This document shows positions 47,519 to 58,246 of a DNA stretch of 64,000 nucleotides, piece by piece. The notes below the pieces were generated by a model. It saw nothing but the letters and a program-made list of their open reading frames with translations. It had not been told where the DNA came from and ran no database searches. The stretch is from Bacteriovoracaceae bacterium. GTDB lineage: Bacteria; Bdellovibrionota; Bacteriovoracia; Bacteriovoracales; Bacteriovoracaceae. Positions within the stretch are counted from its first letter, which is position 1; each line of letters opens with the position of its first letter. A program made the position numbers and the translations under genes. The stretch spans positions 1,222,146 to 1,286,145 of the forward strand of contig OZ244226.1 in NCBI GenBank assembly GCA_965217035.1. The letters are read 5' to 3'.

Positions 47519-49710
47519 AAATTCCTCAGATCACAATAATTACACATTTGTTTTCTTCTAGGATCTGGATTAAAATCGTCATTTTCATTTATTTTATTCA
47601 TAAGAGAAAATTCAAACTCAGGATATTTCGCAAAAAAATTAAAATCCAAAGACCTATATCTAAAACTTGAAAGTTCTTTCATAGTCCCAAAGAACAAAGA
47701 GTCCTCTGGCGTATCCAGACAAAAATAGCCTCCTGTAAAGTCCTTCTCTACAGAAGATCGATTAAGATAAACAAGCGCTTGAATTGATTCAAAATTTTTA
47801 ATCTCTGAAAAGCTAGGGATACTTCCTTTTGACCTTTTAAAATCAATAACGATCACCGTATTTTCCAAATTAATGAGCAGATCAATGCTTCCTCTGAAGT
47901 TCTCCGAATCAATCGATTTTTCAAAATAGAAGTTTCCTTTGGGGAAATCTCTTTGAAGGCTCTTAACAAACTCGATGCCATTCAAAACTCTTCTCTTAGA
48001 ATCAGCCTTCAATATTTCTAATTCTCCTGCTGGAAGCTTTTTTTCTGCTAGTAAGTCTACAAGCTCTTTTTCAATGTAAATCTCTGGTGATTTATTTTTA
48101 TCTTCGTCTTCAAAGTAATTTTTAATTAATAGATGTTCCCAATTCCCTTTTTCGAAAGCAGAAACTTCATCATCTAGAATTTCAACTCTTAATAAATTAG
48201 TAAGATATTGATACTCATATCTTCGTGGACAATCCAAAAAGCTTTGAAGTCGAGATGCGGAGAAATAACTTTTTTTACTTCTTATAAATTCTTTTTTTAA
48301 ATAATCTTCGTGATCAATAATCTTGGAATTTATTGATTCTTGTTCTTTGTTATAACCATCAAAAAGATCTGATAATTCCTCGCTTTCTTCGTAGATTAAA
48401 ACTCTTTCATTTTCAGAAAGAAAATCCTCAATAAGACTCAAGTTATAAGATTCTTCCACTTTAGCTCTTTTTATCACACCAAGTTGAGCTAATTTCGTTT
48501 TGAGTTCGATTGGCATAGCATCAAAACTATAATCAAAACGGAGGAAATCCTGATCAACGAACCCCAAGCAGTTAGGGGAAGAATTAAATTCTGCTGAACG
48601 AGCATTCTTTAATTTCTTATTATGAGAATTTGAAACCAAAGAGATTCTAGGCAAGTTTAAACCAATAACATTAAGAAATGATTTAAGAAAAAATTCATCT
48701 ATCGAGACCAAGCTATCAGTAAGCTCTTTTGACTCAATAACTAAGTTCTCTAATTCTAAAAGAATTTTTAAACGCTTAGGAATCCAATCCTCTTTTGCTT
48801 TAAAAATCTCATCTTTTAAATGCTTGGTAAACACTGAAATATCTGTTCCACCTCTCACAAGTGGTAAATACTTCTTTTCAACCCATTCTAACTCTAAGTC
48901 AAAAAAGTCAACTTGAGCCTTTAGCCCAGCATGGAATTGAGCAAATAGACTAATATCTGATAACTTAAAACTTCTTGAAAAAAAACATAATTCAGAAGCT
49001 GTTTTACTTCTCAAGTATTTAGGAAGCCTCGCAGGAGAAATAGAGATAACAATTCCCTTACGATCGAAAGCATTATCGATTTCCACAACTTTATCAAAAC
49101 TTCCCCATTGAACCCAATCATTATGCTCTGAGTCCTGGTGCACTCTCTGAGGACAAGAAATATAAATATCATTATTTTGGCTGATACTTTGAAAAAAATC
49201 TAACTGAATTGAACTAAGATGCTTAAATCCTATGAAAAGTATCTTTTGGTTTTTTAAGCCATGGTTTTCTTCAATTAAATAACGATAAACTTTTGCCTCG
49301 TCCCAATAGTCTTGAGAATCAATAATTTCAGAGCAAAAAGTTAGAAGCTTTGCTTGTTCTTCTTCAAAAAGAGAATAAAGCTCCTTCATGACACTTTGAT
49401 CAGAAATATTATTTCTAATATCTGTTAACCATTTAAAAACTTCATCAAACTCAGAAATTTTTAGTTTTGGTGAAATCTTTTTACAAACTAAAGATAAGTG
49501 GTGATAAAGCTCTGACTTTCTGGTTGGCTTAATATTCTCAGTCAAACCTCGAAGAAACTCTGCAATCGTTTTCACTTTCAAAGCTGCATGTTTCTTCCGA
49601 ATTTCATCAGCCTCAATTGGACCAGGAGCAATAAAGAGACAATCATCATTGGCTAAAAAAAACTCTTGGTATAAGCTCTGGGTTTGATAATATAGGCACA
49701 AATTTAACAT
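47503..49710 (-). CDS. addB: PD-(D/E)XK nuclease (AddB-like)
   Basis: SASRLQSFLDCP, RGSIDL...IDFK, C-terminal CNYCDLRNLC Fe-S staple; overlaps addA; start at ATG 49710. Confidence 0.8.
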   Translation of the reverse strand: MLNLCLYYQTQSLYQEFFLANDDCLFIAPGPIEADEIRKKHAALKVKTIAEFLRGLTENIKPTRKSELYHHLSLVCKKISPKLKISEFDEVFKWLTDIRNNISDQSVMKELYSLFEEEQAKLLTFCSEIIDSQDYWDEAKVYRYLIEENHGLKNQKILFIGFKHLSSIQLDFFQSISQNNDIYISCPQRVHQDSEHNDWVQWGSFDKVVEIDNAFDRKGIVISISPARLPKYLRSKTASELCFFSRSFKLSDISLFAQFHAGLKAQVDFFDLELEWVEKKYLPLVRGGTDISVFTKHLKDEIFKAKEDWIPKRLKILLELENLVIESKELTDSLVSIDEFFLKSFLNVIGLNLPRISLVSNSHNKKLKNARSAEFNSSPNCLGFVDQDFLRFDYSFDAMPIELKTKLAQLGVIKRAKVEESYNLSLIEDFLSENERVLIYEESEELSDLFDGYNKEQESINSKIIDHEDYLKKEFIRSKKSYFSASRLQSFLDCPRRYEYQYLTNLLRVEILDDEVSAFEKGNWEHLLIKNYFEDEDKNKSPEIYIEKELVDLLAEKKLPAGELEILKADSKRRVLNGIEFVKSLQRDFPKGNFYFEKSIDSENFRGSIDLLINLENTVIVIDFKRSKGSIPSFSEIKNFESIQALVYLNRSSVEKDFTGGYFCLDTPEDSLFFGTMKELSSFRYRSLDFNFFAKYPEFEFSLMNKINENDDFNPDPRRKQMCNYCDLRNLCPKK

Positions 49711-49726
49711 AGTGAGGCCATATTTT

Positions 49727-50473
49727 ATGGTAGATAAAGACAACTTGTATACCTATCTCGACAACACCAATAACCTTGCAATCCACCTCTTTCAAGGAGA
49801 AGAGCTTGTCAGAGAACTTCTTACTACTCATGGCGTTAGTGAATTGGCAAAACCTCTCATTAAAGACCTTATACTTTCTCTTCAATCGTTAGTCGTTTTT
49901 CTCAAAGAAGAGGAGTCTTTAGGTGTTTATATTGACTGTAGTTCTCCTGACTTGCACTTCAAACTCGAATCATCTGCAATGGGATCCACTCGTATTTTGA
50001 TTCTCCCTGAAAACTACAACGAAGCCGGTAAAGAACTTACAGGAACATGTCAACTAACTAAGTTTTCTCCTCCCGATAATATTCCCTATACCTCTTTGAT
50101 TAATTTTGAAAATAAAACATCGGCTGAAATTTTAAATCAAATTTTCACTCAATCTTATCAAATGGAATCTCATTTTATTTTTCAAAACGAATATAACTTT
50201 ATTCTTGTTCATCAACTCCCAGGATCTGAGATGAGCTTAAATATCAAGGAGTACATCCAGACCACAGACTTCGCGCTCGACGATTCAACAAAATTTCAGT
50301 TCCTTGACTCTAAAAAAATTAAATTCAGATGTAATTGTAATAAAGAACGATTTATTTCTAGAATTAATTCACTATCAAATAAAGATGAACTTTTAAATGA
50401 ATGCCCACTTGAAATTAAATGTGACTATTGTAAAAAAGAGTATCTTGTGGAGGCTAAGGATTTAACCGCTTAA
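49727..50473 (+). CDS. hslO: Hsp33 redox-regulated chaperone
   Basis: C-terminal FRCNC...KCDYC zinc centre; start ATG 49727 (GTG 49712 alternative). Confidence 0.8.
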   Translation: MVDKDNLYTYLDNTNNLAIHLFQGEELVRELLTTHGVSELAKPLIKDLILSLQSLVVFLKEEESLGVYIDCSSPDLHFKLESSAMGSTRILILPENYNEAGKELTGTCQLTKFSPPDNIPYTSLINFENKTSAEILNQIFTQSYQMESHFIFQNEYNFILVHQLPGSEMSLNIKEYIQTTDFALDDSTKFQFLDSKKIKFRCNCNKERFISRINSLSNKDELLNECPLEIKCDYCKKEYLVEAKDLTA

Positions 50474-51089
50474 CGACCCATTTACCAGCTGATTGCTCAT
50501 ATCTTAATCGATCATGAAGACGTCCAGAACGGCCCTGCCAAAATTCAAAAGATATTGGCTCAATAAAAAAACCGCCCCAATTTTCAGGTAAAGGTATTTC
50601 TTTTCTCTTATGTTCCTTCTCAAATTCTATATACTTTCTTTCAAGCTCCTCACGACTCGATACGACCTGGCTTTGATCCGAAATAGTCGCTGCGATTTTA
50701 CTGTCTCTTGGGCGAGATAAAAAATAATTCTCAGAATATTCTTTGCTTGTTTTAGAAGCTGAACCTGAAATTCTTATTTGTCTGTTAATATCAAACCAAA
50801 GAAAATTTAAAGCAACTTTGGGATGATTGAGAATCTCTTTCGATTTGGGACTATCGTAATCGGTAAAAAAAGCAAGTTTTCCTTCTACTATTTCTTTTAA
50901 GAGAACAACTCTGGACTGTGGATTACCATCCTTATCAACTGTCGCAATATTCATGGCATTAGGCTGCCTGATTCCAGAATCAATAGCTTCTTGAATCCAT
51001 AGCTGAAGAAAATCTAACGGATTTTTTAGAGCCTCGTCTTCAAGCAATGGTTTTTCTCGTATTATTTCTCTAAAGTCTTTAAGATCCAT
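50454..51089 (-). CDS. pdxH: Pyridoxine/pyridoxamine 5'-phosphate oxidase
   Basis: PNAMNIAT..P..RVVLLK, YF.SRPR.S, EFWQGRSGRLHDRLRY. Confidence 0.96.
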   Translation of the reverse strand: MDLKDFREIIREKPLLEDEALKNPLDFLQLWIQEAIDSGIRQPNAMNIATVDKDGNPQSRVVLLKEIVEGKLAFFTDYDSPKSKEILNHPKVALNFLWFDINRQIRISGSASKTSKEYSENYFLSRPRDSKIAATISDQSQVVSSREELERKYIEFEKEHKRKEIPLPENWGGFFIEPISFEFWQGRSGRLHDRLRYEQSAGKWVVKRLNP

Positions 51090-52096
51090 TAATTACCAAT
51101 ATCTATTCTGAATTTTTTCTTTACATAGAAGAGTCTATTAAAAAGTTCACTTTGATTATAAATCCCACAAAAGTTTTCACTTCTTCCCCCTCCTGAAAGA
51201 ACTGGGGACATAAGTGATGATTTACTCGCTAACCTTTTTGATCGTTTCTCAAAGTTTTTCCAGTTTTTCCCTGCTCTCGGATATTGAAGGATTTTTCCAC
51301 TCACCCCAGTTACAAGAAATAATACATCTGACTCTGAATATCTTTCAGTAAACAATTGATAGACACGCTCAATATCAACTAAAGTTTCGGCTGCATTTTT
51401 ATAATCGCCCTTTTCAAGAAGTTTTTGATATGAAAAGTCTCTCACATGAATAATATATTTCTTTTTCTTATTAAGAGTATTTTCAACGATTGAAGAAATA
51501 CTTTGATAAAGACTCGTATAGCACTTCTTGCTCTTGCAAGAACGATCATAATAAGTCCTTCCCTTATCAAGAACTCTGTTTTCACTATAATGGAAGTTGT
51601 CTTCTTGCTTTTGAGCTCTTAAACCAGATCGAGAAAGAGTCACTCCACCTTCAAACCAATTCTTACTGTCTGGACAAGATTGTCCTTTAAGAAAGCTTTC
51701 TTTCGATTTTGCCCCTTGTTCAACAAGCAAAAATTCAAACCCTTTTTCTTCTGCAAGTATTCTCCAGTAAGGCTTTTGAGAATAATCATCGCATTTATTA
51801 CCTTTTGAGTTATTCTTTCCTGTCACTTGAGAATACATACTAGAATAGGCTGTTGGCCTTAAATCATAGAGATCATATTGCCACGTATTTCCAGTACAAA
51901 TTAAATTTGTTAAGACAGAACCTCGACTTTTGTTCCAATTTGTAAATTTTAATAAACCAATATGATTCAAATCAAACCCAGCAATTTGCAACCATACTAT
52001 TTTTCGAGGTTGTTCTGAAAATGTATGCTCCTTCAATCCAATACGATGAACTTGTGAACAACCTAAAAAGAATAGAAAAAATAAAAACTTATTCAT
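51089..52096 (-). CDS. Hypothetical lipoprotein, possibly degenerate alkaline-phosphatase-like fold
   Basis: Lipobox FLGC; PRKIVWLQIAG, DVLFLVTG, G..SENFCGIY.Q.ELF pattern. Confidence 0.5.
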   Translation of the reverse strand: MNKFLFFLFFLGCSQVHRIGLKEHTFSEQPRKIVWLQIAGFDLNHIGLLKFTNWNKSRGSVLTNLICTGNTWQYDLYDLRPTAYSSMYSQVTGKNNSKGNKCDDYSQKPYWRILAEEKGFEFLLVEQGAKSKESFLKGQSCPDSKNWFEGGVTLSRSGLRAQKQEDNFHYSENRVLDKGRTYYDRSCKSKKCYTSLYQSISSIVENTLNKKKKYIIHVRDFSYQKLLEKGDYKNAAETLVDIERVYQLFTERYSESDVLFLVTGVSGKILQYPRAGKNWKNFEKRSKRLASKSSLMSPVLSGGGRSENFCGIYNQSELFNRLFYVKKKFRIDIGN

Positions 52097-52592
52097 CTTT
52101 TATATGATCCGAAACTAAAATAAGATTCAACAGACTTGACCCGTAAAAACGAGAAGCAAGGAAAGAAATTGCCCAAAAAAGACCAACCGTATTAAACATT
52201 AGAAAAATCACTTCTAAAAAAATCATTAAAGAAAAATAGCGAAGCTCAAGTCGCCAGCCTTTAGTGTTGGAGTAAAGCAAAACCCAATAAAGCGATGAAG
52301 CTCCAACAATAGAATAACCTAGTGGAAAATTAAAAAGAGCGATAAAGGTACCAAACAACGGTATAAAAAGTGACCTTGATTTTTTCCCATTAAAAATCAA
52401 GAAAACAAAAATCAGGTGCGAGAATAGAATGAAATATCGTCCCCAATTAATATTGAAAGCATAAATTAAATAGGAGCCCAAGATGGTGAGGACGAGGTTT
52501 TGAGAAAGACGAAACTCTTTCACCTTAGATACCATTGATCCAATGTGAAATAAGCAAAATAGAATCGGTATGATATGCCAAACAGTTTTCAT
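52089..52592 (-). CDS. Hypothetical integral membrane protein
   Basis: Highly hydrophobic 167-aa ORF with multiple TMs. Confidence 0.6.
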   Translation of the reverse strand: MKTVWHIIPILFCLFHIGSMVSKVKEFRLSQNLVLTILGSYLIYAFNINWGRYFILFSHLIFVFLIFNGKKSRSLFIPLFGTFIALFNFPLGYSIVGASSLYWVLLYSNTKGWRLELRYFSLMIFLEVIFLMFNTVGLFWAISFLASRFYGSSLLNLILVSDHIKDE

Positions 52593-52657
52593 TTTCTGAG
52601 ACTTTTCATCTATAATATCAAATAATTACCAGGAATCCCAAGGCAGGAATAAACAAA

Positions 52658-54667
52658 ATGAATTTAAACGCTTCTCGAGAAATAATGTGGAACATTCCCC
52701 CTTCGTTCAAATACGCAATGTATGCGATGTTCTTTGCTTCAGTACTTGTTTTTATTAGAGGTCTTTATCAGAAGTACGCACTTGTTTCTCAAGGTCGGTC
52801 TTTTAAGGAACTCCTTCCCGAAAAGTTTAACTGGTCTAATTTTTGGTCGACAATGTTCTTCCAAGGAAAAATTAAGAGATTCACTGCTCCGGCCATATTC
52901 CACTCTCTCATTTACTATGGTTTTTTAATTCTCTGGATTGCGACTGACTTAGTTGCGATTCATTACGATACTCCTTTCAAGGTTTTTAAAGGACCTGTTT
53001 ATATTATTGTTTCTTTTGCTGCTGATATTGCTGGTCTCGCAATTCTCCTTGGCCTTGGACTCGCTTATAAGAGAAGATATATCGACAAGCCCGATTACTT
53101 AAAAGCAACAAAACCTAAGCAAGAACTTTTCATGTACGGAATGCTTGTTGCTCTAGTCGTTCTTGGTTACCTTATTGAAGGCTTAAGAATTAGCGGTACA
53201 GGAATGCCAATTGCAGAAAAAATGTATAGCCCTGTTGGTTGGGTATTCGCTAATTTCTTTGATTCACTTAGTTTAAGTGATGAGGCAATGGCCTACACAT
53301 TTCGAAGTTTTTGGTTTATCCATATGGCAAATACCATGTTCTTCGTTGCTTCAATTCCATACTCCAAGTTTATTCACTTTGTTCTTGCTCCAGTAGCTGC
53401 ACTCATTACCCCGGCGAGAAGAGCTGGTGTTCTTGAGCCAATGGATTTCGAGGATGAGACAAAAGAAACATTTGGACTTGGAAAACTCTCCGAACTTAGC
53501 ATGAAGCAAAGACTCGATACTCTTTCTTGTGTTGAATGTGGAAGATGTACACAAGTTTGTCCAGCGAACCAAGCTGAAAAACCTCTCGACCCTAAACTTA
53601 TTATCACAAAGATGAGAGATAAATTGCATGAGACTGAAGCCAATCCAGAAACTGAAGACTACGACTTCTGGGAAAACAGTCTGTACGGAAGCTCGGAACT
53701 TGATGCTTGTACAACTTGTGGTGCTTGTGTTGAAGAATGCCCAATGAATATTGAACATGTAAGCACAATCATGGACCTTAAGAGATATAAAGCTCTTACT
53801 CTTGGAGATCTCCCTCCTGCTGCTGCAGATGCTGCTAATAAAATCAGAGTAAACGGGAACCCTTGGGGAATTGCTCAAGACGATCGATTTAAATGGGCCG
53901 ATGGCCTAGATGTACCTGTCGCAGAACAAGGTAAAAAAATTGATTATCTCTATTATGTCGGATGTGCTGGTTCATATGATGCCTCAAACCAACAAGTTGT
54001 TAAAGATACAGTTAAACTTCTCAAAAAGGCTGGAGTCGACTTCGCTGTCATGGGGAAAACTGAAAAGTGTAATGGAGACCCAATTAGACGCTTTGGAGAT
54101 GAATATACATTCTTTGAAGTGGCCATAGAAAATATTGCAAACATGAGACAGTACAGTTTTGATAAGGTTGTTACTCATTGCCCTCATTGCCTTCATACAA
54201 TTGGTAAAGAGTACGCTAAATTTGAAGACGGTGACTTCGAAACTGTTCATCACACAGAACTTCTCGCTGACTTACTAAAGAATGGAAAACTAAAACCTAA
54301 AAAAGAGGTTTCTGAAGAGTTTACTTTCCATGATCCATGTTATCTCGGCCGACATCATGGTGAGTACAATGCGCCAAGGGAAATTCTTAAATCTATCCCC
54401 GGTATTCAGATTACTGAAATGGAGAAAAATAAAGACAAAGCACTCTGCTGTGGAATGGGTGGTGGTAATATGTGGTATGAACTTGATGAAGGAAAGCATT
54501 TAGCTGAAAACCGTCTTGAGCAAATAGGAGAAACAAAAGCTCCTAAACTAGCTACCGCATGCTCCTATTGTATGATCAATTTCAATTCATCTAAAGGAAC
54601 TATTAAATCGACAGAGGAACTTCAGGTTGAAGACATTGCTCAGATTCTTTCAAAGTCTGTTGAGTAA
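52658..54667 (+). CDS. Membrane Fe-S oxidoreductase, heterodisulfide reductase-related (FadF-like)
   Basis: NarI-like TM region with His ligands, CVECGRCTQVCP and CTTCGACVEECP, two CCG domains (YVGC, HDPCYLGR, CCGMGGG). Confidence 0.9.
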   Translation: MNLNASREIMWNIPPSFKYAMYAMFFASVLVFIRGLYQKYALVSQGRSFKELLPEKFNWSNFWSTMFFQGKIKRFTAPAIFHSLIYYGFLILWIATDLVAIHYDTPFKVFKGPVYIIVSFAADIAGLAILLGLGLAYKRRYIDKPDYLKATKPKQELFMYGMLVALVVLGYLIEGLRISGTGMPIAEKMYSPVGWVFANFFDSLSLSDEAMAYTFRSFWFIHMANTMFFVASIPYSKFIHFVLAPVAALITPARRAGVLEPMDFEDETKETFGLGKLSELSMKQRLDTLSCVECGRCTQVCPANQAEKPLDPKLIITKMRDKLHETEANPETEDYDFWENSLYGSSELDACTTCGACVEECPMNIEHVSTIMDLKRYKALTLGDLPPAAADAANKIRVNGNPWGIAQDDRFKWADGLDVPVAEQGKKIDYLYYVGCAGSYDASNQQVVKDTVKLLKKAGVDFAVMGKTEKCNGDPIRRFGDEYTFFEVAIENIANMRQYSFDKVVTHCPHCLHTIGKEYAKFEDGDFETVHHTELLADLLKNGKLKPKKEVSEEFTFHDPCYLGRHHGEYNAPREILKSIPGIQITEMEKNKDKALCCGMGGGNMWYELDEGKHLAENRLEQIGETKAPKLATACSYCMINFNSSKGTIKSTEELQVEDIAQILSKSVE

Positions 54668-56618
54668 GAAGACCCTATTCTTAATTAGTATTGGATCACT
54701 TTCTCTATTTGGCTATTCTGATGAACTCTCAAATACTCCAGGTATTTTGGAGTCTTTTGAAACTTTAATCAAAGTTTCAAAACAAAGAGAAAGTCAAAAC
54801 CGCAAATCTTTCCAGGGAAAAGAAGTTATTTCTACAAGAAAGGATCTCAAGCTTGAGCAATTCAAATACTCTATAGATCATTCCTATATTCAATCTAAAC
54901 TTTTAAAAATGAACCAAACTTTTTCTTCATCATTTAGAAGTCAAAAATGCGATTTTTTAGAACAACTCTGGTTTGGTCTTCTTGAGAAAACACCAGGCAA
55001 AAGATCAAATGTTCTTGGACAACGTAAAGATAAGAAATCAGGTTTCAAAGAAAAGATTATTATCGATTCTAAAATAATTGCTGAGGTTCTTGCCCAAGAT
55101 GAATGCCCAGAGACAATGAGTCTCTTTAATACTATAAAAAAATCAAGTATTGAAAGTATTATACCTAAAATTTCATTACCTAATGAGTCTGATTTAGAAG
55201 ACAGTCTTTCCCAATGTCAGCAGTCTTTTATTAAGCTCAAAAAATCTCCCTACTTGAATTATCTTTATCATCTTTCAAAAATTCTCAATTTCACTCAAAT
55301 TAAAAAGAAAAAATCAAGCCAGAATAATAAAGAAAGATTACTCTATCTAAAGTCAAAAAAGATTCAAAAGATACTTTCATATTCTCAACTCAACCTTATT
55401 AAAGATCTTCAATACAACTCTTCTAATGATACCGATTTTTGTCGAAGTCACTTAAGTGAAGATATTTTCAAATTAGTTAAGAAATCGCCCATCCAGTGGA
55501 AAAACTTCCTCACTCCTTATTGCACAGATATTCTTGGAAAATCAAAACAACTATCACGGAATGAATACCATGAATGCCTTGATAAAATGCAGACCGATGA
55601 TTCTATTTGCTCTACCGTTAACAACAGTTATACAAACTCTTTATTCCCTAAACAGAACTGCCGAGAACTCATTGAAAATTACAATCTTTCTAATTTCAAA
55701 AAAATTGCACCAGATTGTCCTGCTTCTGTCAGAAATGAAGGTATCATAAACTCCAGTAGAGTTTTATCGATCTACAATAAAAATCATCGAAAAAACAACT
55801 ATGTCTATTACGATCACAAAAATAAAACAAAGTGCTTTGAAGATCACATCCTAAATTTAGAAAAACATGCCAAAGAATTCAGCATTGAAAATCTTTGGGG
55901 ATCATATGCTTGCTATTTTAATAAAGTTCAAAGAGAAGAAATTTGTCATAAAGTCGCTTTTTTTACAAACCCTTCTCAAGAGCTCTCAGCAACAAATGTC
56001 ATTGGTAGAATTTTAAAAGATAATAAAGTAACGAAGTATCAACCAAGATGTCTTTTTATGAGAAACTCCCAACTAAGTTCTCTAGGGTTAAAAAAGTCTC
56101 AAGGTTGTCACATCACTTATCAAAATAAAAACTGCAGTATTGATAAATGTAAAATTGATATCTACTTAAATGGTAGAAAAATATCAAACTTCATTACTAT
56201 CAAGAACAAGTCTCGGATGGAATATTTCTCTTATAAGAATAATTCACTCTCTCTGGCCTTTCATCGCTCGCTAAAACAAAAGTACAAACTCAAAGATAGT
56301 AAGGTTTATAATTTAACTCAACTTAAAGAAATTTTAAGACGAAAAAATGTTTTGGTTCATGGTATCGGATGTGCCGAAGATTTTCTTCCTCGTTTCTTTT
56401 CTCGACGAACAATCAATCAATGTAAACCACTCCCTTTTATTATTGGAGGATTAAAAGCAAGAACACGCGCACTCACCAGTTCAATACTTGTTAATCTTTC
56501 GATTGACTCAATGATTGATGTCAGAAGCTACAACTGGAAAAGCATTAATAATGCTGTAAATAACTATCAAAAAACTCATCCAACAAGAAAGTGGAGTCTT
56601 TATGCGCTATATCAGTAG
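54660..56618 (+). CDS. Secreted Cys-rich basic hypothetical protein
   Basis: Signal peptide from TTG 54660; 18 Cys. Confidence 0.65.
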   Translation: MSKKTLFLISIGSLSLFGYSDELSNTPGILESFETLIKVSKQRESQNRKSFQGKEVISTRKDLKLEQFKYSIDHSYIQSKLLKMNQTFSSSFRSQKCDFLEQLWFGLLEKTPGKRSNVLGQRKDKKSGFKEKIIIDSKIIAEVLAQDECPETMSLFNTIKKSSIESIIPKISLPNESDLEDSLSQCQQSFIKLKKSPYLNYLYHLSKILNFTQIKKKKSSQNNKERLLYLKSKKIQKILSYSQLNLIKDLQYNSSNDTDFCRSHLSEDIFKLVKKSPIQWKNFLTPYCTDILGKSKQLSRNEYHECLDKMQTDDSICSTVNNSYTNSLFPKQNCRELIENYNLSNFKKIAPDCPASVRNEGIINSSRVLSIYNKNHRKNNYVYYDHKNKTKCFEDHILNLEKHAKEFSIENLWGSYACYFNKVQREEICHKVAFFTNPSQELSATNVIGRILKDNKVTKYQPRCLFMRNSQLSSLGLKKSQGCHITYQNKNCSIDKCKIDIYLNGRKISNFITIKNKSRMEYFSYKNNSLSLAFHRSLKQKYKLKDSKVYNLTQLKEILRRKNVLVHGIGCAEDFLPRFFSRRTINQCKPLPFIIGGLKARTRALTSSILVNLSIDSMIDVRSYNWKSINNAVNNYQKTHPTRKWSLYALYQ

Positions 56619-57594
56619 TTTATTCTTCATTTTTCTTATCCAATTATCATATTCAAAGATAACTCCATTTATACCTAAATATCGTTTAGAAAACCTTAAA
56701 GCCTTCATAAACTCTAAGAATTTATATTATTTTAACAATGCCAAGGGTGAATTCGTTATGAATAAAGGTTTCAAGTCCTTCCCTCTCGTTAAAGGTATTG
56801 TTGGCCAAACTAATTATAACGCCTTTCTTTCTAAAGATTATTCTAAAATATTGATAGAAGAAATCTCCGATTATCTCTCTATTATGAATATAAGAAAACC
56901 TAATAATATTTGGCTTGCAAGTGTAGGTGCTAAGAAAGCGACAAAAATAGGAAAAGGGGTAAATCCACAGTTTCATCTCGGAACTCAATGGATCTCTTTT
57001 TATGATCCAGAACAAAGAATTTTAAGTGTTGTTAACACTGCTACAAAAGAAATTTTTAGAAAGGTAAGAATAAGAGTTTTTGGAAATTCCTATTATATAC
57101 CAGAGGTTAGTATGGACTCCAATCTCAATCTCATTTATTCTCAAATTAATCCAAAGCTTGAACAAGAAGTCATTATTTCATCTAAAAAGAAAAAAAGAAT
57201 ACTTCTTAAGTCTACTACCAAGCAATCAGACTTTAGGATCTGCTACCTAAAAGGGAAAAATTATATTAAGGAAGCTCTCCTGTATTCAAAAGAAAAAAAA
57301 TCGTCAGTTAGTATTTACTCAATTAATAATAACAAAGCAAAAAGATTATACTCTTCTAAAGGTTATTCTTTAGGAGGAATTTATTGCATAGAAAAAAGTA
57401 ATAAAATTGCTTTTACGAAAAGAAAGCTCTTTCTATCAAAAGAGACCCCACTCTCTTACGATTTAATTTTCTTTAATCCTCAAACACAGTCAGAAAAAAT
57501 AGAGAAGAGTTTTATGGGCGATTTAAGCCTCTTCCAAAATGGCAATGAGCTTTTAATGAGTTATGACTCAAAGGTCTTCATCTATAATGATTAA
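56602..57594 (+). CDS. Secreted hypothetical protein (possible beta-propeller)
   Basis: Signal peptide; short beta-strand repeats, TolB-like NNIWLAS...GVNPQF..WISFY. Confidence 0.55.
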   Translation: MRYISSLFFIFLIQLSYSKITPFIPKYRLENLKAFINSKNLYYFNNAKGEFVMNKGFKSFPLVKGIVGQTNYNAFLSKDYSKILIEEISDYLSIMNIRKPNNIWLASVGAKKATKIGKGVNPQFHLGTQWISFYDPEQRILSVVNTATKEIFRKVRIRVFGNSYYIPEVSMDSNLNLIYSQINPKLEQEVIISSKKKKRILLKSTTKQSDFRICYLKGKNYIKEALLYSKEKKSSVSIYSINNNKAKRLYSSKGYSLGGIYCIEKSNKIAFTKRKLFLSKETPLSYDLIFFNPQTQSEKIEKSFMGDLSLFQNGNELLMSYDSKVFIYND

Positions 57595-58246
57595 ATTATT
57601 ACTGGTTATAAGTTTTTTGAGTTCTAAAAATCTTTATTCTCAAAGAATTACTCCTAATTCAATTTTACCTACTGAGCTCAAGATGTTGGTCGACTGTGTT
57701 CCCAACTTTGAAACAAACCAACAACTTCAATCATTTACAAAGAATTTCAATGAATCTTTAAACTCAATTGATCCTTTGAGTCTTAAAATCTTTCTCAAAA
57801 CCGAAGTTTATAAGTTTCTTTTAAATTTTGAAGATATCAAGGACAAACCTCAGAAAAAAAACATTCAAGATCGAATCAAAAACCTTATTTCAAAAAAACG
57901 AAGACTCTGTCAATTTGAACAATGGGTTCTTTACAGCATCAAAACAGACCTTGAAGTAATAGGGAAATCTAAAAGTCCTAGCTATAAAAGAAAACTTAAT
58001 AGTTATTCAAGAAACTGGATTAATTATCTTGAATACATTGTAGAGAGAAGAGATTATTCTGTCCGGAAGTCATATAAAAACTTCCTTAGTTTTATTATGA
58101 AAAAATCAAGAGTCTTTGATCATTCGAAGCAAGAATTTAATCAAGTTTATATCTCAGCAATCAAATCAATCGATCAAAAAATACTCAAAAGCCAAAAAGA
58201 GGAAATTGACAACTTGTTCAAAAAAGAAATTAAAAAGGGTAATTAA
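57587..58246 (+). CDS. Secreted hypothetical protein
   Basis: Signal peptide from ATG 57587, overlapping the upstream stop. Confidence 0.55.
   Translation: MIKLLLVISFLSSKNLYSQRITPNSILPTELKMLVDCVPNFETNQQLQSFTKNFNESLNSIDPLSLKIFLKTEVYKFLLNFEDIKDKPQKKNIQDRIKNLISKKRRLCQFEQWVLYSIKTDLEVIGKSKSPSYKRKLNSYSRNWINYLEYIVERRDYSVRKSYKNFLSFIMKKSRVFDHSKQEFNQVYISAIKSIDQKILKSQKEEIDNLFKKEIKKGN

Noticed and set aside
44522..49710. Anti-phage helicase-nuclease defence system
   Set aside because: The architecture and order match housekeeping AddAB recombination genes.
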